A stretch of DNA of 50,307 nucleotides, counting the filler, from Bipalium vagum (taxonomy: Eukaryota), in the NCBI GenBank assembly GCA_037834085.1. It is 3 parts of 3 records of this genome, joined end to end, with 100 filler letters (N's around TTAATTAATTAA, not from the genome) between each part and the next. Parts side by side here need not be neighbours in the genome. Positions count along the whole stretch, not along the records: positions 32,924 to 50,307 come from JBBMKC010069107.1; 2 more parts are not named here. One strand, written 5' to 3'. Shown here in pieces: positions 40,053-50,307 of this stretch. Position 1 is the first letter of the stretch; every line of letters begins with the position of its first letter. Made by a program: the position numbers and the translations under genes. The notes beneath the pieces were generated by a model. The model searched no databases and was not told the DNA's origin. It was given only the letters and a program-made list of their open reading frames with translations.

Positions 40053-43000
40053 ATGAGATCCAACCCGAACTCTTCTTTTGATCATAATGGTGAAACGTTT
40101 CTCTTCACTTCCGAATCCGTGGGAGAAGGTCATCCTGGTATGGATTTTGACATTTATTATGTTTTGTATTGTTTATCTGAAATTTATTATTTATTTTTTT
40201 GATTTGGGGTATTCTTTCTCATTATAAAGATATTTAATTTCCAGATAAGATTTGCGATCAAGTCAGTGATGCTGTGCTAGACGCCCATCTCGAGCAAGAC
40301 CCGAAAGCAAAAGTTGCCTGCGGTACTTTAACATTATAAATGTTGACATTATTTCCGTATGTTCCCTTTAGAAGCGTTTTCGAAAACTGGAATGATTCTC
40401 ATAGGAGGTGAAATCACTTCCAACGCCACAGTAGATTATCAACGAGTTATTCGACAAACAATTAAAGACATCGGCTTTGACAGCTGTGAAAAGGGCTTTG
40501 ATTACAAAACTTGTAACCTTCTCATAGCTATAGAAGAACAGAATCCTGAAATAGCAGAGGGCGTCCACAAAGAAAGATCTGACGAAGATATTGGAGCGGG
40601 TGACCAGGGTTTGATGTTTGGGTACGCCACTGATGAAACCGAGGAATGCATGCCATTATCTGTAGTGTTAGCCCATAGTCTGAACATGAAACTGGCAGAA
40701 TGTAGAAGAAACGGAACGATTCCATATTTGCGACCAGATTCCAAAACCCAAGTCAGATCGTTGTTGATGAGTTCTTTTTTCAATAGTTTTTCTCTCAGGT
40801 GACAGTGACTTATAAATCAGACAATGGGGCCTGTGTTCCACTGATTGTCCATACCATTGTTATATCGACTCAGCACGATGACAACATAGATATTTCAGTC
40901 TTGCGCAAAGATCTACTGGAGCATGTAGTGAAAACTGTAATTCCTGAGAAATATCTGGATTCGAAAACAATATATCATCTCAATCCATCGGGACGATTTG
41001 TGATCGGTGGACCACAAGGCGATGCTGGCTTAACAGGTAGAAAAATTATTGTCGATACATACGGTGGCTGGGGTGCCCATGGTGGAGGAGCATTCTCAGG
41101 AAAGGATTACACTAAAGTTGACAGAAGTGGAGCTTATGCAGCCAGATGGATAGCCAAATCTCTGGTTAAAGCTGGATTGTGTCGAAGGGTCTTAATTCAA
41201 TTATCATATGCCATAGGAATTGCTGCCCCATTATCGATTTTTGTTGACAGTTATGGAACAGGCTCCGTACCCGATTCCAAATTATTAGAAATAATAAATA
41301 AAAATTTTGATCTTCGGCCAGGCAATATAGAGAGGTAATTTTTGACTACTAAAATCTTAACTGTCATTAGAGTTTCTTGGAAGCTGAGAAGTTCAAAACC
41401 TTTTTTCAGATGATCTACAAATAACAGTATTCCTTTCTAAAGTTTTATTGTCTCAACTCAAAATCAAAAACTAAAGTAGAATTATTTATTTTAACAAAGA
41501 AGAGACAAGTATTGTCCAATGTGAAGAATCACACTTTGATATCAAGGGGAACTTGGAGTAAAAAATGTGACGAAGATCACTTTGGAATCTTTTTTATTCT
41601 CAAAGCACGGTACACTGGGTTCAATCTTAAAGAATCTGGCTTCCAAGTTGAGTTTGGAAAATCAATGTCCTTATATTCTGTCATTAAGTTCATTTGGGCC
41701 TTCAAAATCTCCAGTAAAACGTGGATGCAAAAGAAAACAAAATTTTCATATTTTGTAGTCACTTGAACGTCACCCTTAATATGCTAGCTGAAAAAAATCT
41801 TAAAAATAAAACTTTTACAATAAAATGATGTAGACCACTAATGGATGTGTGATCTCATTCATCATACCAAGAAGGGACACTTTTTGAGGCATATCTTAAT
41901 AAACAATTATACTGTTTTATATCGACTATTAAATTAATGAAAAAATTAAGTTCCTTTTTAAAACAGGACAAATTGAAAAAGTTAAAAAATATCTTAATGT
42001 CTTTTCAAATGTCACTTTAACATCACTGTTACCATTTCTTCATTATCTTTCAATAGATTAATAATTTTTGTTACTGTAATATAAAGGGATGCGCATAAGT
42101 TTCCATGTCATTTTTATTATGTCATTTTAAATATTATTATAACATATATATTTAAAAAATATTTGTTTATGTAAGTAATTATTGATTATATTGATGTGCA
42201 TGACATCATAATTTATTTAAATTAGCCGAATTATTTCAAGTAATAATTATCGAAGTTGATAAAATGCATTTTCACCATTGCATATTGTTCCTTTATAATT
42301 AAAGGAAACTTATCGATACCCATAATATTTTGCATTTGTTTTTAATAATTTGTTTTTTTACTTTTTAAAATTTAAATCTATTATTTTAATTATCGCCATA
42401 ATTTTCCGTTATTTTATTATTTCTTCCTTAAATAATTAAATATTATTTACAAAAACTCCAGTGACATTAATCATATTTATTCACATATTTTCCCATTGTT
42501 CTGGTCATTTTCTCACAATATTAATTTATTTGCTTCTAACGAACGAGGAGTTTTCATTATTTTTTTCAAATTAAAAAATAGCAAAAGATCCCCAAATTAA
42601 ACGCAAACTTATGATATGGTTCTCTTGAAAAAAATTGGAATTTTTTTGTTCATACTTTCCATTAGGGTGTGGTTAAACCTGATGGAAAATATCGATGCTG
42701 CTCTATCAAATATCGTAATGGTTTTTGTTTAAATTATACAAAATAATTTAATTAATAATTTAATAATAATAAAATAATTTAATTTTTATTTTTTTTAGAA
42801 TTATACATATAATTTTGTGAACAATCACAATTTACTATTTAAATAAGCGCTCTCTTAAGCAATGCAAATTATTTTGACGAAACATGTTTCGAATCAACTC
42901 TTCACCAATCAGTAATAGTATTTAATATTTTAAGTAAATCAGTCCATTGATTTACATTCTCCAATTTGTCTCCGTGGTTTTTCTCTAATCCATAATGACT

Positions 43001-43914
43001 CAGATGTTTTTTCCTCATCATTTCTGATAATGATGAAAGAAGATTGTTCATCGTTAATTACTTTTTCTTGTACCACAATTCATAAGGCTTTTCACAGATT
43101 ATTTTGTTTGTAATACGTAACTGCGGATGTGCACAAATATGTCGAAGTTGAACTGATAAAATATATTATCAGTTCGTAATTCCGTAATAAATTTTAGTTT
43201 TAGCTGTTTTGATATTGATTTTAGATTTTCTTTTCCATTGATCCTTCCATTGGACTTTTGAAGGTTCTAAATGGTTTTGAAATAATAATAATATTTTTAT
43301 TTTAATTTTAAGATAATTTATAATTATTATCTTTAACCAATTCGAAAATTTCGTCAGTGAATGCTGAATAACTGTTTTTATCATTCAGAATTAAAATTGT
43401 TTATCTGTGATTTTTTTCCTTTCTACGGTTCCAAATCCTCAAATAATAATTTTAACCATAAAATATTATCGATTAAAGTCCTTTAAAGAATAAATCCAAA
43501 TAAGACTAAGTCAAAATACCAACATGTCTTTATTCTAAACGTTAAAGGTATCATTTCAAAAATATTATTTTCCGGGACTGCTAAATACTTTTCCTACAAC
43601 ATTTTTATTATTTATTTTCAGTTATTATTTAATTTATTACCATTATCATTTAATTTAATATTATTCTTTTTTTAAAAAAATAATTTGAGTATTATTAATA
43701 TTTATATTAACCAAAGCCCATCAGTTTGGGATCTTTATATTTATATATTTTCGACCAATCAGGTGGTTCTCTCCCAAACGGAGACATAATTTCCCGAATA
43801 ACTCAAACCAAATTACTCACCCAACTTCGGAGTTATCCAGCAACTCAGTCTTATTAATTAATATTCTCATTCTTATCATCCAAATCTTTCTTTTTATTAT
43901 TATTATTATTATGA

Positions 43915-43951
<37 letters not shown>

Positions 43952-45220
43952 TCTTTACTTATTATTAAAATTCCTTATTTGCCAATAGTAAATTAAGAAC
44001 ATATAAAAATTATACATTTTATGCTCAACTTTATCATAAAAGCTTTAAGAGGATTTTTTAAAAAAAATGTCACCTAAATATATATCGAAACATGACATTA
44101 TGTCAACTGGAACAAACTGATTTCACTTTTGTTTAAATAAATTTTTGTGAAATGTGAGGTTGTATTAAATTTATAAAAGTGAAAGTGAAAATACCGAAGA
44201 CAGATCATATGCACCATTGTATGTTTTATGAACTTTGTGCTCCGATCAATTGCAAATCGAAAACACCCGTGTTAAAGCGGAAGTATACCAACCTGACGAA
44301 CTTTACGAGACGTTAAAATGTATCAGCGTTTGTCAATTTATAAAATGCTCATTTTCGAGCAACAAAATAAAGCAACTTCCGAGATGACATCATCGCTGAT
44401 GATACGTTGTGTAATGTTAGACAGCTCCAGTGAAAAAAGCCAATCACCCTCTTCTGAAGAGACATCTGCAATCACTGCAAATCGATATATTCTTGAGAAA
44501 AGGTTTGATGGTCAGCAACAGATCTTATCTCTGGTGAAATAACATCTTCAGGTAACTATTATATCCAGATTGGAAAAGTAAAGAGATATTTGTAAAAAAT
44601 CGGACAACTTTGGAAAATAGAAAAGGATTCCCTCTCTATCAGAAAAATACGCCACCAAACATTTCGACTACCTCCTGTTCTGTTAAATGCAAAATTTCAT
44701 TGTCAATAACCACCTGAGTCTTATGAAGCTTTACATATTACCATTATTGAGGTTTGTGACCCCAAAGAAAAGATAATACAGAATTTATATAAGTGAACCG
44801 TTTTGCAAATCAAACGATATTGTAGAAATCAATTGTGATTTTGTATTTCAATTATATTTTGTGTAAATAAAATAAACAAAACAGTTTCACTTTGGGGACG
44901 ACCTAATTTTAATGTAACAATTATATTCGGTTTCTAAAAATCCGAAGAAATAATCAATACTTAATTTTATAATATTAATTAATTAATATTAATTATTTGA
45001 CATTATTTACTATTTAATTGATATTAATTATTGATTAATTGATATTGTTTTATTAATTAATTAAAATATTCAAATTAGATTTATCATCTTTTCTATTGTG
45101 ATTAATGATAATTTTAGGGAGCTCAACTTACGCCAACCAATCTACCGAAAGACTGCTTGCTACGGCCACTTTGGAAGACCGGAATTTTCTTGGGAGAAGC
45201 CAAAGGAATTAAAATTTTAG
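40053..45220 (+). CDS. MAT: S-adenosylmethionine synthetase (methionine adenosyltransferase), 393 aa; exons 40053-40137, 40245-40322, 40372-40751, 40799-41334, 45118-45220
   Basis: [53 protein letters not shown], and last exon [27 protein letters not shown]; GT-AG junctions give 1182 nt in frame. Confidence 0.97.
42082..42326. mobile_element. Small mariner-derived MITE-like remnant in the MAT last intron
   Basis: Imperfect inverted ends (GGG...ATAAGTTTCC / GGAAACTTAT...CCC) enclosing a [11 protein letters not shown] mariner N-terminal scrap. Confidence 0.5.
44090..44907 (+). mobile_element. Decayed mariner in the MAT last intron
   Basis: [16 protein letters not shown]-terminal scrap; right end GGGGACGACCTAAT resembles a mariner TIR. 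Confidence 0.5.
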
Positions 45221-45308
45221 GAGAGAATCTTCACTAAGTCAGACATGGATTTTAGAAATGTGCTTTTTATGAAATAAAAAATCTTTATTTATGGAAAATC
45301 AACGGGTT

Positions 45309-45634
45309 TTATTCAATGTCTCTGATCATTTTTATTTGAATCAAGCAATTGAGGCACCGTTCAATCTCGTTCATCCATCTTTCCATATCCGGTTTTGAGG
45401 TGGAATACATCTTATAGCTGCAGTGATGACCTAAATTAAAAATTATAGATCAAATTACGTCTATGAGAAGCTTTCATTTTCACCGATTTTTATTTGACCA
45501 TCTCTGTTACACTTGCAACCCTTTACAATTTCATGGTCATTGGAAAAAATTTCAAAACCATATTTCCCGGACTTTTCTCCACATTCTCGAATGCCCACGT
45601 TCTCCAGAGGAATAATACCTTTGATTGACGGACT
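45309..45634 (-). CDS. 3' exons (45634-45484, 45430-45309) of a cytohesin/GRP1-like PH-domain protein; upstream exons probably lie near or beyond 49620
   Basis: SPSIKGIIPLENVGIRECGEKSGKYGFEIFSNDHEIVKGCKCNRDGQIKIGHHCSYKMYSTSKPDMERWMNEIERCL matches the cytohesin PH pattern GIIPLENL.IRE...FE....IKACK...DG....GNH..Y......WM..I; 53-nt GT-AG intron. Confidence 0.82.
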
Positions 45635-45743
45635 CTAACGAATTAAAAATATTATATATAATATTTGACAAGAAAGATTAAATTAATTTTAAACAAGACT
45701 ATATAATAACAATTTTAAATAAGTCAGTAAATAAAATAATGAC

Positions 45744-45784
<41 letters not shown>

Positions 45785-46503
45785 TAATAATAAAAAAAAA
45801 TAATAATATAATTTAGGAGATTAAAAATTTAGTAAAAAAAATCGATAAAATTAAAGAATATATTAAAATTCGATACACTTTGTGAATAGAAACATTTTTC
45901 ATCGATTCTGAACTCGTATTTTTTTAAAGTGGTTTTATCTTGTAAAATGGGATTGTTGGTTTCAATACTGGACAAACATAAGCTGGAAATAGATTTTTGA
46001 TTGGATGCAAAATTACAAAGGCATAACTGGTGCTAGAAATCTTTTTTGAAGACTTCCATGTGTCTCTGTGAAATTGAAGTGAATACTATGGTATTAGTAT
46101 TGAATATGGAAAATATAGATCAAGAATAGAGAAATCATTCTTTTTAGAATGTCTTACAATGTAACTTTTGTTCAAAGCAAGCTTAACTTTTTACTTTGAT
46201 GGCATAATAACCGGTGCCATAGAATATTTTTCACAAAACAATCAAGATACAGCGGGAAGCAAAAAATCACGAATTGCATTAAAAGATTGTCAGTTTACGT
46301 TAAAGTTAAAGATTGCTGTTGCCTTCAAATCAGGAATAATGACTGTTGACATGATCTATTGAGTTGGTAAGAAAGCAATGATCGAATTTACAGAAAGACC
46401 TTTACCTTCAATTCAACTCTATTTCAAATAAGACAGTCATTGTTTAAATAATATTAAAAGATAGGAGGTGGATTCAAATTTCAATCACAAAGTTAATTTC
46501 ATA

Positions 46504-47538
46504 TATTGGTTTGCTTCGCTTTTTATTTGTCAGTTTTAGTGTGGAAGATAAGAAAACGTATTTGAAATATATTTTGCCTTCCTATTATCTGAAAATAAAT
46601 GCACCAGAAGTTTGCAAAAACAATACGTGAAGTGTATGACGAGGATGCATTGAACGAAAGCCAATGTCGGAATCGCTTTGAGAAATTCTGAAGGGTAATT
46701 TTTCACCCAAAGATAAACAACAAGCTGGCTGTCCACTATATGTCATAAAGACGACGAATTCAAATACTTAATCAATGAGGATCGTTCTAAAACAACGCTT
46801 TATATTGCATGAAAGCTCATTGTATCACACGTAACCATCGAAAGCCATATCAAACATATAGCCTATTTGAAAAAATTCAATTTATGGGTTCCTTACAAAC
46901 TTAATCGATTTGGTTATCAAATGAAACAAATAGCCAATTTTTAAAACAGATGGTAATGGACGATGAAAAATGAATTTGATCAATAATGTTCATCGGAAAA
47001 GATCATGATTTAAGCCACAGTAGTAAGCGTAGTCCAAGATAGATAATCATCAACGTTTTGTCAAGCAAATAAAGGATTAATTCTGATCTTTATATTGATC
47101 AATTTATAAAATTGAACATGGAAAACGCCAAAAATTGGCAAACCGTAAAGGCACTGATCATCATCATGACAATGCTAAACGACACAATTCTTTGGTCACT
47201 CGGCAAAGATTACTGAACTGTGGTTGGGACGTATTTCACATCCACCATACGGCCCAGACCTTTCCCCTTCCGATTACCATTTTTTTCACTTTAAGCAAAC
47301 CTTCATTAATTGTAAAACTGTTACTAATGTTGATGACATCAAATCCGATTTGTTGCAGTTTTGCAGATGAACCCAATAGGTCTTATGGACCTATTAATTG
47401 TTATGCTTCATGGAAGATGGCAACAGGACCTTGACAGCAATGAACAATTGATAATCTAATAATAATGTCTTGTTTCGTAGTTTCATGCCTATTCTTTTCT
47501 TCAAAAAATTTGGCAATTAATGTCTTGCCAACCCAATA
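46504..47538 (+). mobile_element. Near-full-length degenerate mariner element
   Basis: Inverted ends TATTGGTTTG / CAACCCAATA flanked by TA; WVPYKL, DEK*I, HHDNAKRH and HPPYGPDLSPSDYHFF motifs. Confidence 0.88.
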
Positions 47539-49029
47539 TAATGGTAAAAATTAACTGATAGAAATCAACCGGAACCCCTTAGTTGCCAATAAAAAAACTT
47601 CAAAGAGCAACATCATTGTACGGGTAATATATCAGCTTTCACGAGTAAGTAGTAGTAATCCCATAAGTAGTAGTCTCATGCTTATTAAAACGCCTAAAAC
47701 TAAATTACAACTGAGAATTTGAACAATATTGATCACCAACATTATTCTTCATCATGATCTTTAGGTTTATAGTACATCTCAAAGCCTGGAAACAGAGGCT
47801 TTAATTTTAAAATCTGAAAAGCCACGGATGACTGATTCTGTTCCATAATCATTATTTTAAGAAATTTAAAAATGATATTAAGATCTTTCCATAGAAGTTC
47901 ATATTGGCAATTACCTTAAGTACTTAATAAAATGTTAAAAAACTTTCCGAACACCATAATCTGAGGTAGACGAAGAAGAAAAGCGAATTTTCCAAAGAAT
48001 GTCAAAAGAAAAACGAAGGTTCAAGACCGCAACCAATTTCACAGTGACTAAACTTCCGTACAGTTTTCCATGTTGTAGCGTAATATTAACACCTGAAGGC
48101 AGACTGATCAGATGATGATCGGGTCTATTTCTGTTCGACATCGATCGATATTGATCGCCTTTTTGGTGATATAAACAAAATTGATTATTATTTAGGTTGG
48201 CAATCGAAATTGCGACCATCAAACAACGATTTTGGGAGATCGTTTTTTCTTTTGATTTTTTCTCAGATTATTTATTTAGGCCAGCAGCTGATGGCCCGTT
48301 GATCAATAACTTTTGACTAGTTTTTGATGAATTTTATTTTATACAACGAAAGAGGAGGATGGATCAATTCGATTAACGATATCTTTCAACTTTGACCTTG
48401 TAGATCATCTGATGAATTATTCAAGTTCAATAAATGAGGTGTGCAAGTTACCTTTCAACTATAACCAAAACCAGTAACAAAATGCCTTTGGATTTCAGTA
48501 TATTCCCGCTCTCAGTCGTCTTTGATCATTGTTTTGTGAAGCCTACTGATGATAGAACTCAAAATCTCTTCTACTGTTCAGGTGTTACTTCCTTCCACCC
48601 TAATCGAGGCATTATGGTGACCTGACAATCTAAGATTTGCAGCTTCTGGTACTTGTCATTTGGAGTCAAAGGATGAAATAAGAATCCAGACCAGAGTTTG
48701 ACAGAAAATTTGAATATTGAAAGTGTATGGTTTCGAAAAATCTCAATGGGTGAGGATATTTGAAGAGAGATGAGCTTAGTTTTTATACCATTGAGATGTT
48801 CTGGTCCAAAAAGATATAAGACATTATTCTATATAACAATATTCAACGTGAATGTTATCAAACCTTGGTTCAAGCGTTTTGTTGAATGAAAGATTTACTC
48901 TAAGCAGCCAGATTTCAATTTATATAAAATGTCCCGACTCCAAAGACAGAACTTTATACTTAAGCTACTATTTTTTACTGTTATGTCTATAATTATATTC
49001 TATTATTATTTATATTATTTTATATTTAT

Positions 49030-49420
49030 GATGCAGCTTTCTTCGCTCATTCAATGCATAGGGTATTCATTTCCATTCTTCTTGAAACTTCCCCATTGTC
49101 TTAGTCGACCAAAAATGATTGTTTGTTAACTTGTAAGATATCTGCAAAGTTTTGCTGAGTTTGTACATCGTCTTCATCCAACAAAAGCTTGCAAATCTGT
49201 TTCTTAGAAAATTTTCCATTGACATGGATATCCGGTGACTTTCACACTGAATGTTCCATTTTAAAATCTATAGAACGAAAGTTCGTATGTTTTTTGAGTA
49301 AACGGCCGCACATGATATTTATATACCCGAAACAGAGACACATTTATTGACAAAAAGTATACATATATATATTACACTCAGTTTTATGATTTGGCACATA
49401 TTTTGAATTAGGCGCATGAC
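49030..49420 (-). mobile_element. Degenerate mariner 5' half
   Basis: NGTFSVK and LLDEDDVQTQQNFAE remnants, then a GK*IPYAL (WVPHEL-like) motif. Confidence 0.65.
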
Positions 49421-49619
49421 AAATGTTATATAAACAAATATATGAATATTAAAACAATTTGTACACTCAAAAAAGACGTGAGAGTAATCGATTTAGTTAC
49501 ATTTAATAATTAATTTTTTTATAATTCTCAATATTTCTTTTTATGATCAATTATTTCTTGATCTGACACCGTTTTTCTATTTAATGGATTTTTTATGATC
49601 TGAAGCGTCATATATATAC

Positions 49620-49780
49620 CTTTGTAAAGGCGATCTTTGAAGAACATAGTTCGATTTTACTCCTAATACTTCGGTCTATTCTAAAATGAAGGTCGTCATC
49701 CACTATTGTCATCTTATTAATGGTCAGATAAATAAACTTTGTGTAAAGTCTGTAACCAACACTATTATGGTTTACCATTT
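49620..49780 (-). CDS. Candidate upstream exon(s) of the PH-domain gene
   Basis: ttttAG acceptor at 49781 and AAG|GTATAT phase-0 donor at 49619, compatible with the 45634 exon; possible internal 57-nt in-frame intron (49681-49737). Confidence 0.3.
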
Positions 49781-50307
49781 CTAAAATAAACACTCAAAAT
49801 ATATATGATTAAATCTATTTTAGTGACGAAATATTAAAAAATTAATTGGAAACCAGGAAAGAATGGAATAAAAATAATTCTTTTTTGGGGGAAGGCTTTT
49901 TGTTAACCTAAGTGTTGATCAGGTCAACTTAACATCAGTTTATTACTAATAAAAATATCACCAACACAAATCTTATATTTGTTCGGTATGATTCTGTACC
50001 AGTCTTTCCTTGTTTGAAATCATACTACATACAAATGAAAATTTTATATTTTTGGTTATCCATATTTCTAAGCTTGTTTTCTAACTAAAAATGAATGAAA
50101 CGAAAGATAATATTAATAAGATATTATAAATGAGAAAAATATAATTTATAATATTATATATATAATCAAATTTAAAATATTTGGTTGTTTATGCAATAAT
50201 AAATGTTATTCATTAAAACAAAGACTTTTAATACAGTTTGGTCCAACGAATTGTCCACCCCTTTAAAAAATCCACAAATTTGTAATTTTGGTAATAAAAG
50301 TTAAATA

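Noticed and set aside
41512-41766. Three overlapping ORFs in the MAT last intron as a nested gene
   Set aside because: No recognisable domain or convincing splice pair; more likely repeat debris
44777-44783. TACAGAA as a METTL16 target in the MAT intron
   Set aside because: Lies within a mariner relic, has no supporting hairpin, and is not at a used splice site
47935-48900. Possible Ty3/gypsy pol remnant
   Set aside because: Only vague similarity (ILTPEGR); no RT or integrase core motif is readable

Overview
Very AT-rich eukaryotic (invertebrate animal-like) genomic DNA with mostly very short GT-AG introns (42-60 nt). The window is three contigs joined by artificial 100-bp spacers (44 N + TTAATTAATTAA + 44 N at 16164-16263 and 32824-32923), so adjacency across the spacers is not biological. 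Contig 1 holds EMC5/MMGT1 (minus strand, 4 exons) and the 5' ~1544 codons of Mediator subunit MED13 (plus, 9 exons). MED13 introns contain a candidate nested antisense 3-exon gene and a pre-miRNA-like hairpin. Contig 2 holds triosephosphate isomerase, a 14-exon secreted lectin with five tandem QPD-type C-type lectin domains plus a decayed sixth, and many transposon relics (DD41D, mariner, Tc1, pogo). It also has a Polinton/adintovirus-like DNA polymerase B fragment fused to a mariner end. Contig 3 holds S-adenosylmethionine synthetase (5 exons), whose expanded last intron has candidate proximal stop-generating acceptors. This gene lies tail-to-tail with a divergent cytohesin-like PH-domain gene, amid many decayed mariners. 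All gene models were spliced by hand; family calls rest on recalled motifs, and no database searches were run.
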